Of a stretch of 64,000 nt of DNA, positions 51,893 through 61,961 are shown in pieces. The stretch comes from an uncultured delta proteobacterium (GTDB lineage Bacteria > Myxococcota > Kuafuiibacteriia > Kuafuiibacteriales > Kuafuiibacteriaceae): the NCBI GenBank assembly GCA_963803435.1, contig CAWDML010000014.1:160001-224000 (forward strand), given 5' to 3'. The notes under the pieces are model-generated. The model ran no database searches. It saw only the letters and a program-made list of their open reading frames with translations, and was not told where the DNA came from. Each line of letters starts with the position of its first letter. The stretch's first letter is position 1. Both the position numbers and the translations under genes were made by a program.

Positions 51893-52850
51893 GCAGCTCG
51901 AGGAGCGGATCGCCGCCCTTCTTCGCCGGTGGAGGCGGCGGCGGTGTCGACGGACCCTTGCTGTGGTCCGGCGCCCGCTCGCCCGGGAGATGGATCGTGT
52001 TCTTGTCGGCGAAGCCGTCGCGCCAGGCGTCGCCGTCGAGGCCCGGGCGCATCGCGGTGATCTTCTGGTGGATCTCCAGGACGACCGGCCCGTCACGAAC
52101 GTTGCTCACGCGGCTCACCATCTTCGACGGTCGCTCCACGTAGAACTCCGAGACCACCGAGTCCGTGTCGGAGACCAGCGGCGACATCCGGATGACGGCC
52201 CCGTCGATCTCGTAGGCGCCGAACATCACCTGACCCTCGAGCGCAGCGCAGGTGGTCATGAATCGGAAGCGCTTGTTCGGCGAGAGCTCCCAGACGGAGT
52301 ACGAGAAGCGGCACGTCTCCAGCGCAGCCAGCGCGGCGATGCTATTGCCGCCCTCCAGCGCGTCGACCTGCGGGATGCCTTCGGCGGCGATGGTGAGGCC
52401 CTCGTCCGAGAGGTGCCGGAAGGCCGGGATGTTCGGGGTCTCGTCGATCGCGGTGGAGATGACGCCGGGCGGCGGCGGCGGCGGCACCACGGCCTGCTGA
52501 TCCGGATCCGCCGGCGGCGGCGGCGCAACGGCCGGCGGGTCGTCCTCGACCAGGAGGTTCACCACCGCGAAGGCGCCGCCCCCCAGCCCGAGGAACAGCA
52601 GCACCACCAGCTGGAGCGCGCGCCGTTCGGCCCTCCGATCGCGCTCTCGACGCGTGCGGCGCCGGGAGGACTCGGCGAGCTCCGTCGAGGTCCGGGGGGG
52701 CGGATCGGGCTCGTCGTGGATCGTGAGCAAAACGCCGGCCTCGCGCTCGCGGCGCGCGCGGACTCTCAGCGTGTGCTCGTCGGGCGGCACCGACTCTCCC
52801 GCGACGACCGGCTGGGCCGGGTCGGTGGGATCGTGGTCCCCGCCGCTCAC
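51876..52850 (-). CDS. Single-TM hypothetical protein
   Basis: TM VVLLFLGLGGGAF, Pro-rich linker, globular domain; GTGA overlap with lgt. Confidence 0.7.
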   Translation of the reverse strand: MSGGDHDPTDPAQPVVAGESVPPDEHTLRVRARREREAGVLLTIHDEPDPPPRTSTELAESSRRRTRRERDRRAERRALQLVVLLFLGLGGGAFAVVNLLVEDDPPAVAPPPPADPDQQAVVPPPPPPGVISTAIDETPNIPAFRHLSDEGLTIAAEGIPQVDALEGGNSIAALAALETCRFSYSVWELSPNKRFRFMTTCAALEGQVMFGAYEIDGAVIRMSPLVSDTDSVVSEFYVERPSKMVSRVSNVRDGPVVLEIHQKITAMRPGLDGDAWRDGFADKNTIHLPGERAPDHSKGPSTPPPPPPAKKGGDPLLELLKKNG

Positions 52851-53692
52851 GCCTCCGATGCTACCAGACTCTGCTCGCCGCTGGACTTCTTCTTCTTCGA
52901 GAGCCGGAGGTACAACAGGAGGCCGATCACGAACAGCGGTACCGAGAGGACCTGGGACGTGGAGAACGGCCCGAAGGTTCCGCGCTCCGGATCACCGCGG
53001 AAGATCTCGGTGATCCCGCGGAGCACGGGATAGCTCATCAAGAGGATCGCGATGTTCTCGCCGTCGAAGCGGCGCCGCCCGAAGCGCCACATGAGGAGGG
53101 CGCCCAGCACCACCGCGATGGTCGCGTCGTAGAGCTGCGTCGGGTGCCGCGCCCCGGAGAGGCCGGGGAAGTGGACGCCCCAGGGCAGGCTGGTCTCGAC
53201 GCCGTAGCAGCACCCGGCCATGAAGCAGCCGACCCGGCCGACGGCCGCGCCCACCATGATCGCAGGGGCGAAGGCGTCGGCGTAGAGCCACGCGTTCAGG
53301 TGGGGCCGGCGACGAAAGTAGTACACGGCGATCAAGAGCGCGCCGATCATCCCGCCGTACCAGACGTAGCCCGGCTCGCCGAGACGCGCCCAGTGCAGCG
53401 GGTCGGCCTTGAGCAGCTCCCACAGCGAGTTGATCGCGTGGCCCTGCTCGTCCTTGTGACCGGGCGCCTCGAAGAGCACGTGCCCGATCTTCGAGCCGAG
53501 GATGGAGCTGATCACCATGACGATGAACAGGTCCCAGACCTGAGGGCGATTGAGCGAGCTTCGATCCTCCTCGGGCGCCTTCTTCGGCGCCAGCTTGAAG
53601 AGCACGCCCAGCGCGAACAGATAGCCGAGCACCATCATCACGGCGTAGCTCGGGACGCCGTAGTCGAAGATGCGGACGAGGATCGGCTTCAC
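52847..53692 (-). CDS. lgt: Prolipoprotein diacylglyceryl transferase
   Basis: WYGG, GRVGCFMAGCCYG, HPTQLY, EIFRGD, STSQ. Confidence 0.93.
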   Translation of the reverse strand: MKPILVRIFDYGVPSYAVMMVLGYLFALGVLFKLAPKKAPEEDRSSLNRPQVWDLFIVMVISSILGSKIGHVLFEAPGHKDEQGHAINSLWELLKADPLHWARLGEPGYVWYGGMIGALLIAVYYFRRRPHLNAWLYADAFAPAIMVGAAVGRVGCFMAGCCYGVETSLPWGVHFPGLSGARHPTQLYDATIAVVLGALLMWRFGRRRFDGENIAILLMSYPVLRGITEIFRGDPERGTFGPFSTSQVLSVPLFVIGLLLYLRLSKKKKSSGEQSLVASEA

Positions 53693-56600
53693 CGGGGAGA
53701 AAGCATGTCCGCCGAGGCCTCGTTCTGCAAGCCGGATGCGCCGCCCGGCACCCGATCCGCCGCGATCACCCGGCCTTCGAGGAACCGGAGCTCATCCTCG
53801 ACCCGGGCCTGCCCGATCAGGTCGTCGAGGACGGCGCTGATGGAGAAGTTGCGGATCGTCTCGTTGACCGTCTTGATCACGTAGCCGCCCGCGGTCGGGA
53901 TCAGCGCCCAGCGCGCCACCACCAGGACCCCGTCGAGCAGCTTCAGCCAGAACGTCTCCTGGTTGAGGCTCATGTGCACCCAGAGCCGCTCCCAGTCGAA
54001 GTTGACGGTGAGGAGATTGTTCGAGATCGAGACCTTGCCGCTCTGAGGACGGACGCCCACGTACTGGGCCATCTCGAGCGCATCGAGGGCGCGGCTGTCA
54101 GAGAGGCGGAGGGCGGCGAAGACTCTGCGCACCAGCGGCAGGCTCAGCTTCGTGACGTCGACCCGCGCGTTCACCGCTCGCTGCTTGAGCGCAAACTCGA
54201 GATCCATCTGGCCCGAGATCCGGAAGTCCTCCTTCTCCTTCGGATCGCTGACAGGCTCGATCCCGTTGGCCATCGCGTACGGGATGTCCATGTTGAGATC
54301 CGTGATCGTGCCGCGCAGCCGCATCCGCACGTTCTGATCGGAGGTGAACTGCACCGCCAAATCGCCGAGCAGATCGCCCTCCCAGAGGCGGCAGGCCAGG
54401 CGATCGACGCGGAGCACGCCCGACGACCACAAGCCCTCCAGCGTCACGTCCTCGAGCGCGTGCTGCTTGTACACGACGCCCTCGATGGTCAGGCGCGCGC
54501 CGCTCTCGGCATAGAAGGGACGGAGCGACTGATAGTCGGCGCTGCGCGGCGCCTCCACCAGGATGTCCTCGGTCTGGAGCAGCGCCTTGCCGTTGCCGAG
54601 GTCCGCGAGCAGCTCGAGCGCGCGCGCCTCGAAGTCGTCGCCGAGCGCGCCGACCGACCGCGCCACGGTGTCGTCGAGCGCCGGCGCGGGGAGCAGCAGG
54701 CGCTGCGTGAGCGGGATGCGGCCCGACGCGTTGAGGACGGTGAGCACCTTCGGCACCTCCCAGGAGAACCGATCGGTCTCGAGCCGACCTTCGACGTCGA
54801 CGATCCGGTCTGACTTGCTTCGGACCTCCAGCGCCAGCGCGGCCTTCCCGCTGCCCCCCGACAGCTGGGGCAACAGGTGGCGCAGGCAATCGAGGTCGAG
54901 GTGCGCGCTCAGGGAGAGGTCCGGCCGCAGCACGCCGAACGAGCGGCGGCGCAGTCGACCGCTCACGAGCAGCTCGACCCCGTTGCCCGGCGCATGGACC
55001 GCGAACCGGGAGACGTCGAGGTCGCCGTGCAGCGGATAGGTCAGGTCGAGGTCGATGGCCGCGCCCTCGACCGCGCCCTCGCCGCCGTAGGCCGACCTCA
55101 CCGAAGCCGCCCGGATGTGCGAGGCCACCGACCACACGTCCTCCTGGAGCCGGACATGATTGCGGACCGTGAGCTTCTCGACGCGGCTCTGGAGCGGTGC
55201 GCGGCCCTCCTCGATCTCGGCCGCATCGAGCTCGGTCTGGGTCTCGACCTTGCCGTCGCCGACGTCGGCGACGATCGTGCCGCTCAGCCCGGACAGCCGG
55301 ATCGATCGCCGCCGGCTCGAAGCGCCGACCCCATCCAGCACGACGCGGACTCGCCCGGTGATCGGCTGGCGGACCAGCGAGGTCTCCTCGAACCGCTGGG
55401 GGACCACGCCCTTGGCGATCACCGAGAGCTGGACCTTCCCGTCGGCCCGCAGGTCGGGGATCTCGGCGATCAGGCCGCGCGGGAGCTTCTTCGCCAGGGC
55501 GTCCAGGTGGACCGGCCCGACGCTGAGCTCGCCGTCGACGTACGGCGCAGCGCCGTAGAGGCGCGACGCCCTCCCCTTCATGCCGACGGTCAAGACGTCC
55601 TCGATCGCGAGCGAGAGCTTGTCGACGTTCACGGTGGCCGTGATCGGATCGGCGCTCAGGGACGTCTCGAACGCGATCGGCGTGGCGACGTCTCCCAGCT
55701 TGCGATCGCTCAGCGCCACCGAGGGCGCGGTCACCGAGAGCCGCAGGGCCACCCGCTTCGGCATCATCGGCGGCACCGCGCCGGGAAAGCGCGGGACCTC
55801 GCGGGCGCGCACGTCTTCGGCCGCCAGCGTCAAGCGGACCGCGGCGTCCTCGACCCGGGCCGGTGCTGCGATCGCACGCTTCACCTTCAGCAAGACCCGC
55901 GCGTCGGCGTCGAAGTGTCCGTCGCGCGGATCGCCGAGCCGGGCGTCGACATCGACCGAGGCCCGCTCGATCGATCGGCTCCCGAGCCTCGCGCGTCCCA
56001 CGGAGAGGGCGAGGCCGGCCTGGATCGGGGTCGTCGCCGGCGCGATCAGGCGATCGAGCGCGGCGTCGAGCGCCACCTTCACACCGCCCAGATCGAGCGT
56101 GGAGGTGGCCGTGCCCGCGATCCGCGCCGACCCCACCGAAGCGCCGACGCGCACGCGGATGGGTGCGCCGGCACGCGCGTCGTCCAGCGGATCGACGCCG
56201 CTGAGTCCGACGTCGATCGAGGCCGAGGGCACGCGCGCCGGCGGGAGCGCAGCGCCGGTGATCGCCACCGCCGCGTGCATCTCGGTCGGACCCGTCGAGG
56301 GGTACCGCAGGGCCTCGGCGGACGCCGACAGATCGATCACGGCGCGCTCGATCCGGTTGCGCGCCTGTCGGACCCCGGCGAGCTCGAGACGCCCCTCGAG
56401 CGCGTAGTCGCCCTGCTCGCGCCGCTTCGCGGAGAGCGCTCCGCCCAGGTCGCCGAGGGCCAACTTCGCCGAGGGGAGCTCGCACCGGACCCCGTCGAAG
56501 GAGAGGCCCACGCTCAGCTCCGCGGGCGTTCCGGCGACCACCTGGCCCGGCGTGCCGGCCACCTCGAAGCGCGCCACCGTGACGGTGCCGCCCATCCTCA

Positions 56601-57693
56601 GCTCCGGGAGGACGAGCCGAGCCCAGGGCTCGAGGCGGTCGAGCGGCGCCGAGGCCTGGTCGATCTTCACGCGGACGGTCCCGGCGCTCCGGTTCGCCAC
56701 CAGGCCCACGGCGGGTCCGAGCGCGGCGGCCAGCTCGGCGCCGAACAGGGCCGAGAGGCCGTCGAGGTTCGCGCTGGCCGAGAGGAGCGTCTGGTCGTCC
56801 AGCTTCACGACGGCCTGCCCGACCTTCGCCTGATCCCGCCCGGGCCGAAGCGACAGATCGAGCGCGAGCGACAGCGTCGCCGGATCCAGCGCGGTCCCCT
56901 CCCACGAAGCGGTGACGAGGTTCTCGGCTTCGAGGTGCACGTCGCCCTCCTCGAGCGCGAGGCCGTGCGCGGTCGAGCCGGCGGCGCGCACCTGGAGCAG
57001 GAGCCGGGCGCGGGCACCGACCGTGTTCTCCGCGAGCGTGGCCGTGACGTTGTCGGCGCCGTCGGGGACGAGGGAGAGATCGAGCGCCGCCTCGAGGCGC
57101 GAGCGTCCCAGGTGTCCGTGAAGCGCGAGCTTGGCCCCGGCGAGCGTCGCGTTCGGGCCCTCACCGGCGATCCGCACCGTCACCGGTCCGATCTCGAGCG
57201 CCTCGAGATCCACGTCGATCGGCGTGAGCGGTCCTGACTCCGCGTCGAGCGCGCGGGACTCCGGCTCACCCGAGCCGAGGCGCGCCAGGATCACGTCGAG
57301 GTTTCGCACTCCGTCGTGCGTCTCGAGCGTGATCACCGGCGCGACCACGCGGATCGACTCGACGACGACGCGACGCCCGAAGATCCCGCCGAGACGATAG
57401 TCCACACCTGCGTGCTCGATCGTCAGCACGTCCTCGCTGAAGCCCGGAGGCGGACCGATCACCACCCGATCGATCGACACGCCGCTGAAGGGCCGATACT
57501 CGACGTGGCCGATCTGCACGGGTACGCCCAGAAGCTCCGTGAGAGCGCTCACCGCCTCGCTCCGGATGCGCTCCCCGGTCACGATGTATGGCGACAAGGC
57601 GACGAGCAGGACGGCCGCCACCAGGAGCAGGGGAAAGATCGCCAGCGCCCACCACCCCCGGCGGCGTTTCCTCGGCTCGCCTGTCCCCGTCAT
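53689..57693 (-). CDS. Large AsmA/TamB-like beta-taco protein (1334 aa)
   Basis: N-terminal TM then AsmA-like LGVPVQIG..YRPFSG..I, RNLDVIL; long amphipathic beta-strand repeats. Confidence 0.7.
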   Translation of the reverse strand: MTGTGEPRKRRRGWWALAIFPLLLVAAVLLVALSPYIVTGERIRSEAVSALTELLGVPVQIGHVEYRPFSGVSIDRVVIGPPPGFSEDVLTIEHAGVDYRLGGIFGRRVVVESIRVVAPVITLETHDGVRNLDVILARLGSGEPESRALDAESGPLTPIDVDLEALEIGPVTVRIAGEGPNATLAGAKLALHGHLGRSRLEAALDLSLVPDGADNVTATLAENTVGARARLLLQVRAAGSTAHGLALEEGDVHLEAENLVTASWEGTALDPATLSLALDLSLRPGRDQAKVGQAVVKLDDQTLLSASANLDGLSALFGAELAAALGPAVGLVANRSAGTVRVKIDQASAPLDRLEPWARLVLPELRMGGTVTVARFEVAGTPGQVVAGTPAELSVGLSFDGVRCELPSAKLALGDLGGALSAKRREQGDYALEGRLELAGVRQARNRIERAVIDLSASAEALRYPSTGPTEMHAAVAITGAALPPARVPSASIDVGLSGVDPLDDARAGAPIRVRVGASVGSARIAGTATSTLDLGGVKVALDAALDRLIAPATTPIQAGLALSVGRARLGSRSIERASVDVDARLGDPRDGHFDADARVLLKVKRAIAAPARVEDAAVRLTLAAEDVRAREVPRFPGAVPPMMPKRVALRLSVTAPSVALSDRKLGDVATPIAFETSLSADPITATVNVDKLSLAIEDVLTVGMKGRASRLYGAAPYVDGELSVGPVHLDALAKKLPRGLIAEIPDLRADGKVQLSVIAKGVVPQRFEETSLVRQPITGRVRVVLDGVGASSRRRSIRLSGLSGTIVADVGDGKVETQTELDAAEIEEGRAPLQSRVEKLTVRNHVRLQEDVWSVASHIRAASVRSAYGGEGAVEGAAIDLDLTYPLHGDLDVSRFAVHAPGNGVELLVSGRLRRRSFGVLRPDLSLSAHLDLDCLRHLLPQLSGGSGKAALALEVRSKSDRIVDVEGRLETDRFSWEVPKVLTVLNASGRIPLTQRLLLPAPALDDTVARSVGALGDDFEARALELLADLGNGKALLQTEDILVEAPRSADYQSLRPFYAESGARLTIEGVVYKQHALEDVTLEGLWSSGVLRVDRLACRLWEGDLLGDLAVQFTSDQNVRMRLRGTITDLNMDIPYAMANGIEPVSDPKEKEDFRISGQMDLEFALKQRAVNARVDVTKLSLPLVRRVFAALRLSDSRALDALEMAQYVGVRPQSGKVSISNNLLTVNFDWERLWVHMSLNQETFWLKLLDGVLVVARWALIPTAGGYVIKTVNETIRNFSISAVLDDLIGQARVEDELRFLEGRVIAADRVPGGASGLQNEASADMLSPR

Positions 57694-57721
57694 CGCCCGG
57701 CCTGGATATTACACTCGCCCC

Positions 57722-59503
57722 ATGTCAGGAGATGAACCCGTGCGGCTGCAAACTCACGTTCTTCCCACCCTGGCTCTCACGCTCGCGACCGCGGCCTGCA
57801 GCGGCGTCCTCGACGACAACGGCGACGGAGGCGACAAGGGGATGTGCCCCTCGGCACTCCCGGCCGCCGACATCGTCTGCACCGACTCGAGCTGCAACGT
57901 CACCACCGGGACCAAGACCTTCGCGCAAGCGGAGTTGACAGGCTCCCAGAGCCCCAGCTGGTTGGCGGTGACCTGGGTCAGCTCCGAGATCAACACGAAC
58001 GACAACATCAACGTCGACTACCAGAAGGCCACCGCCGGCGCCCTGACCGCCCGCCGCGCCGCCGTCCGGGAGCGCGCCCGCGATCGCCACACACCGGCCG
58101 AGCTGGCCGCCCTCTACGCGCCGCGCCTCGACGGCCGCGTCCAGGCCGAGTCCGCGCTCCGGGCCGAGTGGCCGAAGCGCCTCGATCCGAACCACCCGGT
58201 CGCCACGGGCATCCGCGGCCGCACCGCCGAGCTCCTGCCCGACGGCGTCCACCGCCAGGGCAACGCCTGCAGCCGCAGCAACCCCGTGTGCGGCGAGACC
58301 GCCGTCTGCCTGATCACGAACGGCGCCGGCGACGGCACCTGCGAGAGCGCGATGACGATCAAGCTGCGCGCCGGCGGTCAGAACGCCGACATCGCTGCGA
58401 GCGTGAAGAAGGTCGGCACCTACGCCGCGATCCTGGTCGACGACGCCGACACGGTCCCGGACAGCGCCGTCGACGAGCTGCTCCAGCGCTTCGACACGCA
58501 CATCGCGCCCACCGACCACATGTTCTTCGGCGAGCCGAAGACCGCGGAGGGCCAGGACTTCGACGGCAACGGGGTCGTGCTGGTGATGCTGACCTCGAAG
58601 GTCGGCGACATCTCGTCCGACCTGGTCGGCTTCTTCTACGCGCCCGACATGGAGGATCCGGCCCAGAACCCGGACAGCAACGGCGCCGACATGCTGTACA
58701 TGCGGCCGCCGGACGGCGCGATCTCGGTCGACGCCGTCAGCAGCACGCTCGGCCACGAGTACCAGCACCTGATCAACTTCCTCGCCAAGACCAGCCGCGG
58801 CTCCTCGCCCGAGGAGACGTGGCTCGACGAGGGCCTGGCGACCTTCGCCGAAGACGTCCTCGGCTATGGCGCCGACGACTACACCAACATCGCCCGTTAC
58901 CTCGACGCCGTCAGCGAGACCTCGCTGACCGGCTTCGGTCTCACCCACTCGAGTGAAGGCGACGCCGACAGCATCGAGCGCCGCGGGATGGCCTCGCTGT
59001 TCGTGCGCACGATCTTCGAGCGAAACGGCGGCGCCGACCTGGGCCTGGGCGCCGGCGAGCTCACCGACCACGGCGGCGTGGCCCAGGTGAAGAAGCTGGT
59101 CCAGACCCCGAGCACGGGCGTCGACGTGATCTCGCGGGCCAACACCGGCAAGAGCCTCCACGAGTGGCTGGGCATCCTGCTGACCACGGTGGCGCTCGAC
59201 GGCACCCGCTACCCGATGGTGAGCTGCAACCCCGCCGTCCAGTTTGCCGAGCCGAAGACCAGCGCCTACACGGGATTCCAAATCGGGATCGATCTTCGGT
59301 CGAGCTTCACCGACTTCTCGGGCGCCACCATCATGCTGCACGGACCGGCCACCGCCACGTTCGAGATGGAGTCCGTCCCCGTCCCCTCGAATGGCGGTGA
59401 GGTCCGCACCGTCCAAGCCGGGACCGGCACGGTCGACATCGGCGTCGGCGGCCCGGCGGAGGATTACCAGCTGGGACTGTCGGCGTTCCCGACCGCGCTG
59501 TGA
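57722..59503 (+). CDS. Zinc metallopeptidase lipoprotein (M30/gluzincin-like)
   Basis: Lipobox TAAC, DFDGNGVV, GFF, TLGHEYQHLI, WLDEGLA. Start ATG 57722 or GTG 57740. Confidence 0.82.
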   Translation: MSGDEPVRLQTHVLPTLALTLATAACSGVLDDNGDGGDKGMCPSALPAADIVCTDSSCNVTTGTKTFAQAELTGSQSPSWLAVTWVSSEINTNDNINVDYQKATAGALTARRAAVRERARDRHTPAELAALYAPRLDGRVQAESALRAEWPKRLDPNHPVATGIRGRTAELLPDGVHRQGNACSRSNPVCGETAVCLITNGAGDGTCESAMTIKLRAGGQNADIAASVKKVGTYAAILVDDADTVPDSAVDELLQRFDTHIAPTDHMFFGEPKTAEGQDFDGNGVVLVMLTSKVGDISSDLVGFFYAPDMEDPAQNPDSNGADMLYMRPPDGAISVDAVSSTLGHEYQHLINFLAKTSRGSSPEETWLDEGLATFAEDVLGYGADDYTNIARYLDAVSETSLTGFGLTHSSEGDADSIERRGMASLFVRTIFERNGGADLGLGAGELTDHGGVAQVKKLVQTPSTGVDVISRANTGKSLHEWLGILLTTVALDGTRYPMVSCNPAVQFAEPKTSAYTGFQIGIDLRSSFTDFSGATIMLHGPATATFEMESVPVPSNGGEVRTVQAGTGTVDIGVGGPAEDYQLGLSAFPTAL

Positions 59504-59509
59504 GGAGGA

Positions 59510-60046
59510 ATGATGTCGCTCGCCCCGCTCGCGCTCATGCTGGCGCTCGCCGCGCACAACCCCGGTCCCCGGCCGCAGCCGATCGAGCTCACCGGTGAGG
59601 TCAAGGAGGTCTCGGGCGGCGCCGGGACCTCGCGCGCGCTTTTGATCACCGAGGACGGCAGCGAGTACCAGCTGCACGGCGCCGCCGATCCGTCGGAGCG
59701 AGAGCTGGTCCGCCTCTCCGGGGCCAAGGTCCACGTCTTCGGGATGATCAACGACCCGCGGATCCCGCTGGGCAAGCACGTGATGGTCGGGCGCTACGAG
59801 ATCACGGACGTGGGCGGCGTCGTTCCCCGGATCGGCCACCTGGCAAAGCTCGAGATCGATCGCTCGACACGGTTGTTGTTCGTCGACGAGGCGGGCAACG
59901 CCGAGCTCCTCCCGGAGGGATGGGCGAAGAAGATGATGTCGCACGTGGGTGCGAAGATCTGGATGGTGGGATCGCGCGCTGGAAAGCACTTCCAGCCCCA
60001 GCGCTTCGCGATCCTCAAGGACCTCGAAGAGGGAGAGAAGCAATGA
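59510..60046 (+). CDS. Secreted protein with two small OB-like (DUF5818-like) units
   Basis: RBS GAGGAGG, signal peptide, repeated pattern EDGSEYQL..GAKVHVFG / EAGNAELL..GAKIWMVG. Confidence 0.65.
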   Translation: MMSLAPLALMLALAAHNPGPRPQPIELTGEVKEVSGGAGTSRALLITEDGSEYQLHGAADPSERELVRLSGAKVHVFGMINDPRIPLGKHVMVGRYEITDVGGVVPRIGHLAKLEIDRSTRLLFVDEAGNAELLPEGWAKKMMSHVGAKIWMVGSRAGKHFQPQRFAILKDLEEGEKQ

Positions 60047-60750
60047 AGAAGGTGGTGCTCGGTCTGGTCGGTCTGATCTTCGCGGCCGCGCCGGCGTTCG
60101 CGCAGTCGCTGGTCGAGATGGAGGGCGGCAAGGCCAAGCCCGGCCTGGTCACGGCCTGGAGCGGCTCGGGCAAGAAGGTCGAGCTGACCGTGAAGGCGGG
60201 GACCGACGCCAAGCAGGTGGCGGAGTCGATCCAGTCCAACGTCGAGGGCGTGAAGAGCGCCAAGGTGGTCGGCGGCAAGGTCCAGGTGGTCGGCCTCGAT
60301 CAGGACGCGCTGCTCAAGGCCCTTGCGCTGGTCACGCTCGGCGACGACGACGTGGGCGCCCTCGCCATGGCCGGCCGCGACGAGGACGACGGCGGCTCCG
60401 GCTCGTCGCTCCGCGCCAAGAAGACGGCGCATGTGAACGAGATGTTCAAGGACCGCGCGACCGTCGCCAAGGGCACGGTGGTCTCGGTCGGCGGGGACAA
60501 GTTCCCGAGCACCGTGATCAAGGTGAAGATCATCGCCGGCCCCACCGGCCCCTCCGGCAAGCAGGTCCGCAAGGGCGCGACGATCGCGTTCACGCCGGTG
60601 ATCGCGATGAAGGCCGGCGCGCCCGATCTCGCCGACGAGAACACGCAAGTGAACGTGGGCGCCTGGTATCTCAAGCCGAAGGACAGCGTGCAGGTGAAGG
60701 TCGGCAAGGAGATCAAGGGCGGCTACGAAGCCGTGGTGATCAGCCGCTAG
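60043..60750 (+). CDS. Secreted hypothetical protein, paralog A
   Basis: Signal peptide AFA/Q; shares GSGSSLRA, FP and NVGAWY with the next gene. Confidence 0.8.
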   Translation: MKKVVLGLVGLIFAAAPAFAQSLVEMEGGKAKPGLVTAWSGSGKKVELTVKAGTDAKQVAESIQSNVEGVKSAKVVGGKVQVVGLDQDALLKALALVTLGDDDVGALAMAGRDEDDGGSGSSLRAKKTAHVNEMFKDRATVAKGTVVSVGGDKFPSTVIKVKIIAGPTGPSGKQVRKGATIAFTPVIAMKAGAPDLADENTQVNVGAWYLKPKDSVQVKVGKEIKGGYEAVVISR

Positions 60751-60775
60751 CGAACGACCAGGAAGAGGTGAAGCT

Positions 60776-61498
60776 GTGGGTTTCTTCGAGAAGACAATCA
60801 TCCTCGCTGCGCTGGCGACAGCGCCGCTCTCGGCCCGCGCCGATCCCGTGGTGAAGAACGGTGGCGTCCCGGGCGCCGCCACCTCCTGGACCTCCAGGAA
60901 GGACGCCGTGGTCCTCGAGATCGGCGACAGCTACGACGCCAACGAGATCGCCGACGCCATCTCGGCGAAGGTGCCGGGCGCCAGCGCGAAGGCGCGCGGC
61001 AACTCGGTCATCGTCACCGGCGTGCCCGAGGCCAAGCTGCTCAGCGCGCTCACCGGGATCGACGTGCGGCCCTCCGTGGACGACATCGACGAGATGCTGA
61101 CCTCGCTCCAGAAGCCCGGCGGCGACGACGAGGGCTCGGGCTCCTCGATCCGCGCCACCCAGGTCGCCGACTTCTCCGACGTCCTCGGCGACTCGGGCGC
61201 GCTGATCGGCGCCAAGGTCCTCAGCGTCGAGCACCACCGCTTCCCTGTGGTGATCCTGAAGGTGCAGGTCACGGCCGTGCCCAAGGGCGTGAAGACCGTG
61301 AAGAAGGGCCAGAAGATCGCGCTGATCCCGCGAGTGAAGTCGCGCGACGGCGTCATCGATCCGAACGACAAGGCCTCCAAGCTCAACGTGGGCGCCTGGT
61401 ACGCGGTCAAGGGCGACGTCGTGCGTGTGCGCCTCGAAGGTGACAAGCCCCAGCGCGACGCCATCTGGGTGGCGGCCGCGTTCCAGCGGATGAAGTGA
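60776..61498 (+). CDS. Secreted hypothetical protein, paralog B
   Basis: Signal peptide ARA/D; GSGSSIRA, FP, NVGAWY. Confidence 0.8.
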   Translation: MGFFEKTIILAALATAPLSARADPVVKNGGVPGAATSWTSRKDAVVLEIGDSYDANEIADAISAKVPGASAKARGNSVIVTGVPEAKLLSALTGIDVRPSVDDIDEMLTSLQKPGGDDEGSGSSIRATQVADFSDVLGDSGALIGAKVLSVEHHRFPVVILKVQVTAVPKGVKTVKKGQKIALIPRVKSRDGVIDPNDKASKLNVGAWYAVKGDVVRVRLEGDKPQRDAIWVAAAFQRMK

Positions 61499-61514
61499 GC
61501 CTTCTGGGATCACC

Positions 61515-61720
61515 TAGCGCGCGGACCTCGAGCCTCGACTTCGCCGCCATCGAACGTTGCGGCCACTGGTCGGTCCATTCGACGGGAACCGACATGCTGC
61601 TGCCGTTGGGAAGGCGGACGACGATCGTGTTCCGCCCATGCCAGCTCTCACGCCGAACGATCCCCAGCGTCTGCCCCGCCAGCGGATGAATCGGATGCGT
61701 GATGACGACCGATTCCGACC
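61515..61720 (-). pseudogene. DUF5372 (Y4bD/Y4pK)-like fragment; mobile-element remnant
   Basis: VVITHPIHPLAGQ...PNGSSMSVPVEWTD; no proper start or end, atypical codon use. Confidence 0.6.
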
Positions 61721-61758
61721 CCAGAGTGATCTTTGACGGGGTCTTTCGAGATGACCTT

Positions 61759-61959
61759 CCAGTAGGTCTCACCTTCCGTCTGGTCGTCTGTCCCCGAGCT
61801 GCGCGTCGAGTACGCCGCCGCGATCGGCCGGCCCTCGAGGTAGATGTACGAGCGGAGGTATCGCGGGAACTCGGAGCCGCAGCTCTTGAAAGCGTCCTGA
61901 CCCCTGAGCTGGTGCGAGGTGCCGCCGCCGCCGGCCGGATCGTAGAAGTAGAAGACTCG
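61759..61959 (-). pseudogene. RHS-core-like gene fragment
   Basis: A frame absent from the ORF track reads RVFYFYDPAG...RSYIYLEGRPIAAAY...ETYW and breaks where HxDHLG would be expected. Confidence 0.5.
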
Positions 61960-61961
61960 TC

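Noticed and set aside
53974-60043. Long overlapping alternative-frame ORFs (e.g. 54098-56905, 54877-57237, 57725-60043)
   Set aside because: Arg/Ala/Pro-rich or antisense shadows of real genes, typical of high-GC DNA, with no motifs.
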